From the NCBI GenBank assembly GCA_013265495.1, contig MU058423.1, forward strand, positions 2,805,061-2,869,060: a stretch of 64,000 nucleotides of DNA. Reading direction: 5' to 3'. Below, piece by piece: positions 14,524-27,420 of the stretch. The notes under the pieces were generated by a model. That model saw only the letters and a list, made by a program, of their open reading frames with translations, was not told the DNA's origin and did not search any database. A program made the position numbers and the translations under genes. Every line of letters starts with the position of its first letter. Within the stretch, counting starts at the first letter, position 1. This DNA comes from Vicugna vicugna. Its lineage: Eukaryota.

Positions 14524-15268
14524 AGCTGTTAATGATTTTTAAAATCTTGGAAGTTACATTACTGTGCCGAGATCCAATTAAAAATGCAGGCTATACACAG
14601 AGACAGTATACTTAATTTTAGTAATGTATTTATGTAAAGTAAATATTGGGCTACAAACAAGAAACAAATTGAAATGCATAGTGATTTCTGCCCAAGAACA
14701 TGGATTGTGTTTGTGTTGGCCATTGGTTTTCCAGTCAGTGGTACAGTTTCAAAGCAGAAAGCATAATCTTTCACTTATTCATTCAACAGATTCATTTCAT
14801 ATATTCATTTGTTTGCACACCTGCAGTGGTCTGCTAAACACTATTGTAAGGATGGAGAGAACAAGGCACCCAAGGCCTCCTTTCATGGAGGTTAAATTCA
14901 AATAAGGATGTTGGATGAACAGCAGGAAAACCAAAACTCAAACAAGACAACTTAAAATAGAATAATTTCAAACTGTGTCATGAAGAAAGTAAAGCAGGAT
15001 GCTGTGGTTGTTGGTGTTTTTATGCAACACTGTATTGGAATTAAGTAAACTGTCTTTCTGTCCAGTATTAAACCTCACATGTATAAAGATAAAACCCAAA
15101 TGTGAATTTCCTATGTCTAACACTGTATGATTTTTATTGTCACTTGATTAACATGCATAGGATTAAAAATCCTTTTGCTGTAAAATTAAGAGGAATTCTA
15201 AAACAGTTGTTTTGAACTAGAGGCTCACTAGTAAGTGAAATTTTAATTAACATTTTGTCTTGTTTAAG

Positions 15269-15399
15269 AAGCTGACCTTGGGGCACTGGAATTACGGAGA
15301 ACTTCAGACTTGGGGAAAAGCTTTAAGACCATTGGGGTGAAAATCTACTCATTTGGTCTCGGGGGACGGTTCCTTTTTGCCTCTGTGATGGCTGATAAG
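15269..15399 (+). CDS. SORT1: Sortilin exon 8 ([18 protein letters not shown]...VMADK)
   Basis: AAG/GTGGGT boundaries; 131 nt; Asp-box TSDLGKSF. Confidence 0.96.
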
Positions 15400-15699
15400 G
15401 TGGGTATTTGCCTCTTCTCTTCCAGTTCTGATATTTCTGTAAAATATGCCTCAGATAGCTTTTATTATTTGTACTGATGGAGTTTCTTACCCTTTCACAA
15501 TATTTAATCAGTGTAAGACTTGGAAGTGATTCTTTATATAGAGGCCAATTGACTCTTCTGGGCAACTCTGTACTTTGGCCTGTGTCACCATGTGAATTCT
15601 GGTATCTGTTTTGAGATATGTAAATCCAGTGTTTGGGCTTTACTCAGACATGGCTGTCTGAAAAAAGGCAATCCACTTGCTCATTTTCCAATAATAATA

Positions 15700-17050
15700 A
15701 TGGAAATATGTAGCACTAGGTGAGTACCTACTATATACCAAGTAGTATTCTAGGTTCCTGGCATACAGCAACTAACGAAACATAAATGTCCTGCTTGCAG
15801 AGGTTCCATTCAAGTAGGGAGATAGATACTAAATTAATAAATATGATATAATATCAGGTAATGATTAAAGCTCTGAAGAAGTCGAAAGCAGAGTAAATCC
15901 ATAGGAAGTGGCAGGGGTGGGAGCAGTCCTGTTGAATTCGGATCGGATGGTTCAGATGGGCTCTCTGAGACCTGACTGAAATGAGGGCAGAGCTCTGTGG
16001 ACGGGAGGCTGGGGAAGCAGGGAGTGCCCAGGCCCTCGGGCTGCAGCCTGCTTGCAGTACTGAAGACGAGTGAGAAGGGCCATCCAGAGACAGGGAGCCA
16101 GTGGCCAGATCACACAGGGCCTTTATAGGCCCCATTTAAGACCTTGCCTTTCATCCTTCACGTGCTGAGAAGCTGGGTTGCGAGGAGGGGAATGGCATGA
16201 TTCGCCTTCTCTTTTGGCAGAATAGGTGTGTGTGGAGTAGCCTGATGGGGCAGGAATGGAAGCAGCAAGAGCAGTAGTGAGAGAGATGGTAGTTGGACCA
16301 GGCCGTTAACAGTAGATGAAGGGAGAAGTGGAAAGATTGTGGATGTATTTTTAAATGTATGGCCAATAGGATTTGCTGATGGGTAAAATATGGATTGTAA
16401 GAGAATGAGATGAATCAGGGGTAACTTTAGTGTTTGACCTGAGCAACTAGGTGAATGGTGGTGCTGTTCACTGAGATGGCAAAGACTGCAGGAGACGCGA
16501 GTCTGTGGGAGGAAAATCAAGAATTCAGTTTTGGATGCAAGATACCTAATAGTTATCCAGGTGGAGAAGTCAAATAAGCATTTGGGTGTATGAATCTCCC
16601 CAAATTATATGGTATTTAAAGCCATGTGATTGGATGATGTCTTGTGGAAGAATGAGTAGGTAGAGAAGAGGTGGGAGGGCTGAGCACCTGGTGCCCTGAA
16701 GCACCCCAGCACGGAAAGGTTGGAGGGAGATGGAGAAGCCAGCAGGGAAGACTGAGAGGGAGGAGCCAGGGAGGTGGGGAAAATAGGACAGCGTGATGTC
16801 ACGAAAGCCAACTGAAAGACAAGTTTCAAGAAAGAAGGAGTGATCAGCTGTGTCAAGTTCAGCTGAGATGTGGAGTTAGATGAGTTCTGAGAATTAGCCA
16901 CTGGAGTTGGAAAAGTATAGGTTGCTGGTGACCCTGATGAAATCAGTTTCCTTGGAGCACTGGGTTTAAAGACTGGTTGGAGTGGGTTCGGAGCAAATTG
17001 GAGACGGGTAGTAGGCACTTTAACTGCAGATCACTCCCTCGAGCAGTTTT
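15700..17050 (-). mobile_element. L2 LINE remnant including degenerate RT-region sequence
   Basis: ORF 16605..17018 begins NPLQPVFKP, a degenerate L2 RT-type motif; L2-like 3' end near 15720. Confidence 0.65.
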
Positions 17051-18126
17051 GTAATAATCCTCCCAATAACCCTATAAGCTCCGACTGTTATCTCGGTTTT
17101 TATTTGAAGAAATTGCGTAACATGCCCAGGGTGACCCAGACGTGGAACCCTGGTGGAAACCCGGTGGTCTGATTCCAGAGGTGGCCACCTACACACTGTA
17201 CTGCTGCTATCTGCAAAACTAAAATTCTGCTGTGTGCTTTGAACTCTAGTTTCTACCTATAACAGTGAGACTAAGACTTAAAGTAAACATCTAAGGTGTC
17301 AGTTAGAAAAATAAATTAAATGTACTTGTCACTGAACTTTAGAGTATTTAACATAAGGCGGCTCTGGGACTAATTCTCGTGTCTGGGCTAAACTGTGTCT
17401 AGTAGCGACCTTAAAGTACTTATCAGACAGTAGGTGTTAACTGCCGCCTTAGCAGACTCCTTTTAACAGCTAAGTAAATACTTCCTCATCGGCTGCCTTC
17501 TATTAATGTCTGCCTCTCCTTGACCCCTTCCCAGCCTGTGCATGTTCCCTTCATTATGGCCGTTCTGATGGCCTTCTGTAAAGAGGAGATGTGTGTCACA
17601 TCTTGCCTCTCTTCATGATCTCCCAAGTCTGGGTTTCATCTCCATTTTCTAGACTGTTAATTATCTAATTCTTTGGATTATGCCAGAACTATCTCAAAGG
17701 GACTAAACTTTTGTTTAAGAGTCATGATTTTAAGAATTCTCTTAGCAAGCACATGCAAACGGCTATAAAACTAAACTAATGATGGTCCCAACAAACCCTT
17801 AGTTCTATTGAAGGAAATTAGAATTGGAATGTCAGAGGTCGGGAGGATATCTTACAGAGCCACACCAGAATGCAGAAGCCAAAGAGGAAGCCAAGGTAGC
17901 CGTACTTACAATAGAATGGATTGTTCCATTGCCTGGATCTTTGCAAGAGGTTAGAAATAGCTTTGGTACCTGGTACCAGGACCTTTCATTTGTAACAATT
18001 GTATCCAGTGAGGAAATGCATAATGATACATACAATTATTAGTAATAATGTTTTTATTCATGTCCCTGCACATAGCATCTTGGTTGGTAGAAAATTAAAA
18101 AGATAAATATTGGCATTTTTCCCCAG

Positions 18127-18271
18127 GATACAACAAGAAGGATTCATGTGTCAACAGATCAAGGGGACACGTGGAGCATGGCCCAGCTCCCCTCCGTGGG
18201 GCAGGAACAGTTCTATTCTATTCTGGCAGCTAATGATGACATGGTGTTCATGCATGTGGACGAACCTGGAG
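18127..18271 (+). CDS. SORT1: Sortilin exon 9 ([16 protein letters not shown]...VDEPG)
   Basis: CAG/GTGAGA boundaries; 145 nt; overlaps ORF 18148..18345. Confidence 0.97.
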
Positions 18272-19126
18272 GTGAGAGCTTTGCAGTGGCACTCTTGCAC
18301 CCTGGAATGTGTAGAGATTTAAGCTCCAAACCCTATTTTGAGTAGCTTTCCTTCTTACATGTTGATTCTTCCCCTTAGCCCTAGGAATTTATTAGTGGCT
18401 TACTGAATACGCTCTTTTAGAAATGACATGTAGCTTCTGTGAAAAAGGCCACTTGCTTTGCCACTCCAGCACGGTTTGTATATAGGCACAGGGGTTCCAG
18501 AGCAGTGCTGCTCAAAGAAGGGTCAGAAGACTAGAACTCGTCTGCAAATGCTTTATTACCAAATAAGTAGAGAAAGCAAGAGCGAGCATTTAGCAACTCT
18601 TACAGCCATTTGGCAAAGTAATTTTATGTCTGTTGAGTCTAATAAAAAAAAGTTGAGGATTATATTTTGTCTTTCTTTTGTATTTCATTTTTCTAGTGAT
18701 TAATTTTTGCCATAGTTTACAGAAGCATTGGTTTGTACATAATTGAAATTTTAAAATTGATCCTTCACCACAGAGAGTTTGAGAAGCATCATTCTAGAAT
18801 GTAAAGATACAAAGAGGTGTAAGATATGAAGCTAAATACAGTGCCTCTGCTACCAAAATATAACGGGGAGCTTTTCTATAACATTTGATTAATTCATTCA
18901 ACAAATTTGGCATCTACTATATTTCAGGTACTAAACTAGGTACTAGACTTAAAGATGGCCACGAAGATCTTGAGTATCAAACCTTGATTAATTCTCAGGT
19001 CTGCGCCTACATCGTGAAGAGAGACAGTTGGCTAATGTGTACAGTCAGTCAGTCATGTGTGTGGTTAGACTAATATTTTGTCTCTGTTCCCTCCCAAGAC
19101 TTAGTGTCTTTGTTTGCCTGTTCTAG

Positions 19127-19282
19127 ATACTGGATTTGGCACCATATTTACCTCGGACGATCGAGGCATTGTCTACTCCAAGTCCTTGGACAGACACCTC
19201 TACACCACCACGGGCGGTGAAACGGACTTTACCAACGTGACATCCCTCCGTGGGGTCTATATGACAAGTGTGCTCTCAGAAG
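19127..19282 (+). CDS. SORT1: Sortilin exon 10 ([14 protein letters not shown]...SVLSE)
   Basis: TAG/GTGGGT boundaries; 156 nt. Confidence 0.97.
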
Positions 19283-20952
19283 GTGGGTCTTGGCATAGCT
19301 ATCCTTCAGCTGAACGTGTTGGGAGTTTAGGCTTTTGGGGAAAGTGATGGTCCTGTGCCCCCAGTAATGCTGCTTGCCTGGCCAGCAAGCCTGTCCAGGT
19401 AAATTCTGGGTCTCCATTTTAAATAAGTTACGGTAAACAGAACTAAAAAAGAACGTAGCGACAGCTGGCAGAAAGAAAGATCTGGGGTGTTCTATGTTGT
19501 TTAGTTTATAAAATAAGCCTTCTGTGTTGGGAGGTCCAGGCCTACAGGAAGGGATTTGAACCACTTACTGCTTTTCTCCCTGTAGAGGGCATAGCAATAG
19601 CCAGCGAAGAGCCCTCCTGTATTTTCTTCAGTGGTTCTGCAGAGCTCACCAGGCCTAGTTGTACAAATAAGTGCTTTAAAGTACAAAGACGGTTAAGGTT
19701 TTGTTTATTTGTGTATTTGTGTTTTGGTAGGAGGTGGGTGATGTTTGTTTCTATTTTGCAAAGACCTTGCAATCATCTACAAAGTCTAAGTGCTACGGCC
19801 CCTGAGTTCCTCCCTAACTTCACCTCCCACTCTTCTCCCCTTTGCTCACTCTCCTCTAGTCACTCCAATCTTTAAAGTCCTAAAGTCACCGCCAGTCCTT
19901 AAACACACCAGGTTCACACACTCGTAGCTTAGAGGTTTGCACTGATTGTCTTCTCTCTTTCCTGAAATATCTGCAAGGCTAACACCTTCCTCCTCCCAGT
20001 CTTTGTTCATGTTACCTTCTGATGAGACCTGCCCTGACTATTTTATTTTAAATTTTCAGTCGGCTTCCCCCTACACACACACACGCACACATACACACAC
20101 ATACACTCTGAGTCCACCTCTAGCTGTGCACGTTTTTTCCATAGCACTTACTTTCTAACATACTGTATAATTTACCTGTTTACAATGTCTAGTGTTTGTC
20201 TGTCTCACCCAACTAGAATGTATATGTTACAAAGTTTTTCTCCTGTTTGGTTCGCTGATGTATTCCCAAAGCCTTACAGCAGTTTTTACGTAGTGGGCGT
20301 GCACTAAACATTTATTGAATAAATGAATTTTCCTTTGTTTGCTCTCTTTGATTTTCCTTGAAAAACTCAAAGTATAATATCTCTGAATTTCAACCTGCAA
20401 CAGTTTATATCATTAAAAACAGAGGATGGAGAAGATACATGAGGGAAAAAAAGGTATAAGAAGATAGGATATGGAGTAGTAGAAAGACAAAAATTAAGAA
20501 TTATTGAGACTTAGGCAAACTCGTTGATAACGTGTTGTTTAGATTCCCTAAAACAAGCCTGGTATCATGGCCTTGTCTGCATAAAGATTAGAATGCCTTC
20601 CCATTGTAGATTTTACTTCCAAGGCAAGCAAGCAAGCAAGGAAGAGCAGATGTCATCCTGCTTGTGTCAGTTAGGAGATAAGAGGTGCCTTTTTCCAAGA
20701 GCCTCAGTCTAGATGATTTTTGGAATCAGCTGGGTCCTGGGCAGGTAGGAAGCCTCTTTTCAATACCATGGTTAGAGTTCTGCTCAGTTCCTCACCAGCC
20801 CTGAGCCGTTTTGTTGGATGTCACAAGCTTGTGGGACCCCGGGGTTCTGAGGGTGTTATATAGTCTCTGCTAGGAGAGAGTTACACATGAGAAGCTGAAT
20901 TTAATAGGGTGCCTCCAGCTATCAGGCTTAATATCATCCTTTCCCAATTCAG

Positions 20953-21059
20953 ATAATTCCATCCAGACTATGATCACTTTTGACCAAGGAGGAAGGTGGA
21001 AGCACCTGAGGAAGCCTGAAAACAGTGAATGCGACGCTACCGCAAAAAATAAGAACGAG
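20953..21059 (+). CDS. SORT1: Sortilin exon 11 ([36 protein letters not shown])
   Basis: CAG/GTTTGT boundaries; 107 nt. Confidence 0.96.
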
Positions 21060-22704
21060 GTTTGTTTTTACTCCACTGTCATATGTATTTGGAGCAAAGC
21101 AGCCATTCTGTTCTGCTCTTGTTAGCGCCGGGCTTTGGAATAATGAAGTTGTGTGCCCGATGAGGGTCCACAGCTAAAGGTGGAAAGTTTGCATATGAGA
21201 GGTTGAAATTAACCAGGTTGTAGGCAATAGGAACTGAAAAAGAAAAAAGGCCAAAATATTATGGCTTATCTGTCTTTTAAAGGAAAACTAAACTGAAGGC
21301 TAACAATTTGTGTTGTACTAAACTGCTGAGTGAAAACAGAGTGGACAGATGGGCTGGTGATTAGCTAGCAGTCATCATGGCAGCTCTGAGACTTTAGGAA
21401 TTCTACAGAAAGCCATAGGCCAGCTATTCATGAGCAATGCAAAGCTTGCTGGCTAGAAACAGATGGAGGAGAATGTGGCCTCTCTTCCCCTCTACCAGGG
21501 TTTCACGTGGCCGGTGGGTGTGGGAGGTGACCCGGTGTGGCATGTGAGAGCAGGACCTGACCCCTCGGAGAGACCGAGAACTAGAAATACAAAGACATTG
21601 CTACAGGAGATCCCAGATTCCATGAGTGACAGGTCTTGACAGGCAAGGGAAAGAGAGAAAACAAACAAGCTTTGTGTCTGGCTCATATAGAATTTGAGAG
21701 GAGCTTAGCAGAACCCAGGGAGTCTTCTTCAAAAGTGACAGCATTAGGAGTTCCGAGCTCTCCTCTGAGTCCTGTGGCTGACGTGCACTCTGCTGTGTAG
21801 GCTGGGCTTTCTGTTTTGTTCTAAGAGCCTCAGTGTGAGATAGATGTGCCTACACCACCCCCAACATTCTCTCTCCCTTCTCTGTGCTCAGGAGTGCTGT
21901 TGAGTCTCTCTTCCCTTCTACTTCCCTTTCCCCATCCCTCTGCCCTGGCCCTGTTCTGCGCCTGCCCTCCTCACCCTAAGCCTGGGCAGGTACATGTCCT
22001 CTTTACCTAGCTTGCCACCCTCACACACCCATGCCTCTCCCTCCCCAACTCTCTCCATGGTTCCCCTTTGCCTGTGACCTGGTGAATAAAGGCCCCCTCC
22101 TCCCCTGTTAGGTTCTCTCCTGCCTTTTCATTGTCATTGCCCGCTTTATCACTGACATCCCCCTGGTAACCTCTGCTGCTTCCTGAACACCCTGCATGTA
22201 CCACTTGCCCATGTTATTCCTGGGAAAGTTGTGCCTGTCTTCCCTCCCCCCAGTTCATTAGGATTAGTGGAAATCCTAACCACCCTTAGTGCCCACCTCC
22301 GCTTAGAACGAGTCATCCCTCTTCATTTCACTAGTAGTTGCCTGAAGTTTTTTAAATTGCAGTAAAATATACATGACGTAAAATTAACATTTTAGCCAAT
22401 TCGAATGTCTTGTAAAGCACTCATTTTCATCCTGCTTTATACCTCAACTAGTTTCTGAGATGTATTTCTTAAAGGCAGGACTGAGTAGTATTTTATCACA
22501 ACCACATCTTGTACAGTATCTGAAATATATCAGGCATTCATCAAGTTTATTTGTGTGCAGTCATGCTTTAAATATTGATCAGGGGCTTTGGTGTAATGCA
22601 GGAATAAAATTAACTAAGACAGATTACACATGAGAAGATAATTGCATAATTTGCTTCCTCCAAATACACTAATGCATTTCAGAATCAAGAATATCTCACT
22701 GAGC

Positions 22705-23612
22705 CTATAAGTCAACAAAAAAACCAAATAACTCAAATCTAAAATGGGCAAAGGACTTGAATAGACCCTTCTCTAAAGAAAATATACTAATGGCCAGTAA
22801 GCACATGAAAAGATGCTCAGTATCACGAATTATTAGGGAAATGCAAATCAAAAAATTTGATTTGCAAGAGATTACCTAAGATGCATTAGGATGGGTACTA
22901 TCAAAAAAAATAATAAAATGAGTGTTGATGAGAATGTGTAGAAACTGGAATCCTTGTGCACTGTTGGTGAGAATGAAAATTGTGTAGCCACTATAGAAAA
23001 CAGTATGATGTCCTGAAAAAAATTAAATGTCAAACTATCATATGATCCAGCCACTCCACTTCTGGGTATATATCCCAAAAAACTGAAAGCAGGATCTTAA
23101 GTGATATTTGCACATGAGTGTTCATGGCAGCATTATTCACAACATTTAAAAGATAGAAGCAATCCAAGTGTCCATCAGCAGATAAATGAATAAGCAAAAT
23201 GTGTTGTATACATACAGTGGAATAATATTCAGCCTTAGAAGGGGAGGGAATTCTGACACATGCTACAACGTGGATGGAGTGTAAAAGGACATTATGCCAA
23301 GTGAAATAAGCCAGTCACAAAAGGACAAATACTGTATGGTTCCACTTAGATGAGATACCTAGAGTGGTCAGATTTACAGAGATGGAAAGTAGAATGGTGG
23401 TAGCCAGTGTATGGGGGAAGGGGAAATAGGGAGTTACTGTTTAATGGGCACAGAGTTTCAGTTTTGCAGGATGATGAAGTTTCAAAGACATGATGGTGAT
23501 GGTTGCACAACAGTGTGAATGTACTTAACACTACTGAACTATACACTTAAAAACGTTTATCTTAAGATGGTAAATTTTATGGTATGTGATTTTTACCACA
23601 ACTTTTTTTTAA
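22705..23612 (+). mobile_element. Old L1M 3' fragment (ORF2 end plus 3'UTR)
   Basis: aaaatgggcaaaggacttgaatagac, ttgtgcactgttggtgagaatg, agccagtcacaaaaggacaaatactgtatg. Confidence 0.85.
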
Positions 23613-23731
23613 AGAATATCACGCGGACGTCTGGGTTAATAAGTTGAAAGCCTTTATTAAAAGGCTCTGTGAGATGAGTAAAACAAATGTACACGTTTGA
23701 TTTTAATCTAAGCTTTGGTTTCTTTCCACAG

Positions 23732-23834
23732 TGCAGCCTTCATATTCACGCTTCCTACAGCATCTCCCAGAAGCTAAATGTTCCAATGGCCCCACTCTCA
23801 GAGCCTAACGCTGTCGGCATAGTCATCGCCCACG
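23732..23834 (+). CDS. SORT1: Sortilin exon 12 ([34 protein letters not shown])
   Basis: CAG/GTGAGC boundaries; 103 nt. Confidence 0.97.
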
Positions 23835-24172
23835 GTGAGCAGCCCGCCCGCACCTCCGCGGGAAGAAGTAGTTGAGCATGCTGAGACTCAGTCTTCGTGT
23901 TGAACCCTGAACCCTGTGGGAAAACCACCATACGTGGCTTTTACCATCCTTTGTAGAGTTTCTTGCAAGATAATGATACTGTGGGTTTCTCATAGACTCC
24001 CATCAGAGAGCAACAAGATTCCCTGTACCAAATTGTCAGTGGCCTTTTTTTCTATTACAAGAGCCGTGATGGGAAATAACTAGAATAAATACATTCAGAA
24101 TTACTCTTTGACAGTAAGTCCTCTCTGTTTCACTGCTGATGTGTGCTGATGAGATGGTCGATTGTGTTGCAG

Positions 24173-24341
24173 GTAGCGTGGGGGATGCCATCTCAGTGAT
24201 GATCCCAGATGTGTACATCTCAGATGATGGGGGTTACTCCTGGCTGAAGATGCTGGAAGGACCCCACTATTACACCATCCTGGATTCAGGGGGCATCATT
24301 GTAGCCATTGAACACAGCAGCCATCCTATCAATGTGATTAA
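24173..24341 (+). CDS. SORT1: Sortilin exon 13 ([24 protein letters not shown]...INVIK)
   Basis: CAG/GTATGC boundaries; 169 nt. Confidence 0.97.
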
Positions 24342-24987
24342 GTATGCATGAGCTCAGCTCCACCCACACTGTCTGCATAGAGGGCAACTGTGGGATGTTT
24401 TTCAGTTTGTTGGGGGAAAGTTAGAGACCGTGATTCAGATTAGTGCATTCTGTAGAGCTGTGGGGAAGATTCTTGAAGGAATTGTGTTTAGAGCAACTCA
24501 AATTAAATGGCTTCACTTTTTCCTCCGATTCCCTCTAGCTAGCATTTCTTGTCACTTTAAAAAAATATTCTCTCTCCCCACAAGAATATTATGGAAGCAT
24601 GTGAGCACTCTGGATGGGAACTGATTCCTTAAGTATAAGTTCTTATTCAGTAATTTCTGTTTGTTGACTTAGAAGCCCAGTCTTACATGGATCACCAACC
24701 TCTCTTTCCTTTGGAAGAATTTTTATTAAAAAGGCATTTTCTTCTTACTCATTCTTCCTCCCCCCCCGCCCCTCCCTCCCTCTCGCCCTCTTTCTTCCTT
24801 CCCCCCTTTCCTTCTCTCTTTTCCCTGTTAACTATAGGCATTAACAATTAATATAACTGTGAGTCAGTAAGCCACCACCTAAATATAAGAATTTTTCTCT
24901 GATTTGGGATCAAGCAGCCATAATGGTTTCCTGATATTCCCATAGTGTTGATTCTCTGTCATGATCTTTCTCTAACTGTGGTTTCAG

Positions 24988-25178
24988 GTTCTCCACAGAC
25001 GAAGGTCAGTGCTGGCAAACCTACATGTTTACCAGGGAGCCTATCTACTTTACCGGCCTGGCTTCAGAACCTGGAGCCAGGTCCATGAACATCAGCATCT
25101 GGGGTTTCACAGAATCTTTCCTGACTCGCCAGTGGGTCTCCTACACCATTGATTTTAAAGACATCCTTGAAAGGAACT
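24988..25178 (+). CDS. SORT1: Sortilin exon 14 ([12 protein letters not shown]...DILERN)
   Basis: CAG/GTGAGT boundaries; 191 nt. Confidence 0.96.
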
Positions 25179-25364
25179 GTGAGTGTCTCCTTTGACCTTT
25201 CCTATGAGAAACTTGTAAGCCCATTTTCTAAATAACCAATTGAGTTTAATTTCTTCTAGCTGGAATAAGAAAATCATGTATATAAGAGAGAATTGAAGGA
25301 TCTTCCACGTGGGTGAGCAGGCTATGGAATGGTATCAGAAAAGCAGCTTCTCTCTTTGGATTAG

Positions 25365-25755
25365 CCCTGTCCAAGAGAAGTAAAATGAGGGCTACATATA
25401 TAATTTAAATTCTTCTATCAGCTAGCTACATTATAAAAGTAAAAGAGGTAAAATTAATTTTAATAATAAAATTATTTCAATATAGCCAAAATACTATTTC
25501 CACATGTAAACAATATTTATAAATTATTACTTTTTAAACAGTCTTTTTTTTTTTTTTGATGGAGGTACTGAGGATTGAACCCAGGACCTTGTGCATGCTA
25601 AGCATGGACTCTACCACTGAGCTATATACCTTCCCCTCTTAAAATTATTAATGAAATATTTTACATTCTTTTTTTTCCAAGTCCTCCAAATCCAGTGCAT
25701 ATTTTACACTCACCCTTATAGTAAATTTCAGTTCAGACCAGCCACATGTGGACAT
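25365..25755. mobile_element. MER33-like hAT element interrupted by a SINE
   Basis: Resembles recalled MER33 consensus on both sides of the SINE. Confidence 0.6.
25544..25636 (-). mobile_element. tRNA-derived SINE, camelid vic-1 type
   Basis: Reverse complement GGGGAAGGTATATAGCTCAGTGGTAGAG...GGTTCAATCCTCAGTACCTCC plus poly(A); A and B boxes; AAATTATTA duplicated on both sides. Confidence 0.8.
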
Positions 25756-27230
25756 ATAGGAGAGTATAGTTTTGCACTGTTAGATCTCTGTAACATTTTC
25801 TGAGAATTCTGCTTGTAAGGATAATGCATGTTTATGTTTGTCTAAAATTATTTCAAAATACTTCAGGGTTTTTCACCCTTGATTAACAGCAGAACTGTAA
25901 AGAGGAAACTTTAGAGGGAAGTGTGTTGCAAAGAGCATCTAACTGATTGTGTCACTTATCAACATGTTGAAGTGAGGAAGTTTCTGTGCAGAGTTTGGCT
26001 TGAACATCAGTCATGGGTGAGGCTCTAGTCTGGCTACTGAGCAGGCGTGAAGCCCACACTGACCATTTCCGAATGCTGTGACTTCAAACTGGAAGACATG
26101 TTAAAGGCCCAGAAAATGACTTCAGAAAGGAGTTAAAATATTTATTGCAAGGTGTTCCTAAAGAATCACAAGCAAACCCAGGTGCCCAGTACCAAAGATG
26201 CTGACATTGTACTGAAAATATGGAGGATAAAAGAAAAAACTGGAGAAAAAGTGACCACCTGTGACCCGTAGTTTCTTATTTGGCATAATACGGTAGAAGA
26301 CCAAAAGTTTCGAGGCGCTTTATTTGAATTTTGGTCCTGACCATTATGAGACTTTATTAGGGCCCTATTTCCTCAGCATGTCAATTCAGTGTCTCCTGCA
26401 GGAAGCAGAAGCAATCAGTGTGGACGTTACTCTTCTACAAGATGTTTCAACATGATTTAAAACTGGAGCTTCATTATTATCTAAATTCCCTAAACAGGCT
26501 GTAGAGGAGCTGGCTTATAAGTTTTCCCCTCAGCAGGCAGCTCTACAGTCATCCCTGAAGTTTAACATCATTAAAGGATTTGTTAAGCACCTGCTCTTTA
26601 GCGGGCTCTGTGCTGGTCTTCCTATCCTGAAGAATAAAAACCTCATCCACAATCTTTAGCCCATAGTCTTTGAGTCATTTTTCCAGGAGTGGATGGTATG
26701 ATATACTAAGCCAGGTTGACTGTCATCAACAGTCTTCATTTGAAAGCCAGTCAGCAAGAGTTAGAAGTCTAGAAAGAGAATGTTTTCCCTTCTGTTTGAA
26801 GCAAACTAACCCATAGTGAAATTAAATCCATGCTTTTGGCTAATTGATATCTTGTCCTAAGAGCAAACATCTAGTTGCTTACCTCTGACAGCTCCCGCTG
26901 ACCGAGGGCACAGGTGTATAAGATTAAAGACAGCAGCCTCTCAGTGTGGAAGAAACCTTAGAGGTTCTCTATCCAGCTTCCCTCTTCAAAATAAATAAGG
27001 TTTTTCCTAAAACTCAAATGGATGGCGAGATCAAAAACTTGTTCTTAGTCATGAGGAAATGCCAGTTACTAGTAGGCTCCCACTAATGGAACTTTCATGA
27101 GCAGTTCCTAAAGGAAGCAAGTCAGACATCCCCACTTTCCCTCTCCTTGTTCTCCCTATAGCCTGGCAGCTGCCTCACGTGGGTGGAGTCTGTGCCATGC
27201 AGTTTCCTGAACAGCCTATCTTTCCTTTAG

Positions 27231-27420
27231 GTGAAGAGAAGGACTATACCGTATGGTTGGCTCACTCCACAGACCCTGGAGATTATGGAGATGGCTGCAT
27301 TTTAGGCTATAAAGAACAGTACCTGCGGCTCCGCAAGTCATCCGTCTGCCAGAACGGTCGGGACTATGTTGTGACCAAACAGCCATCTGTCTGTCCCTGC
27401 TCCCTGGAGGACTTCCTCTG
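27231..27420 (+). CDS. SORT1: Sortilin exon 15, 10CC module ([13 protein letters not shown]...EDFLC)
   Basis: TAG/GTACCA boundaries; 190 nt; Cys pattern of the 10CC domain. Confidence 0.96.

Noticed and set aside
25558..25636. tRNA gene (Ala-like)
   Set aside because: It has a poly(A) tail, a TSD and a degenerate acceptor stem, so it is a SINE rather than a functional tRNA.
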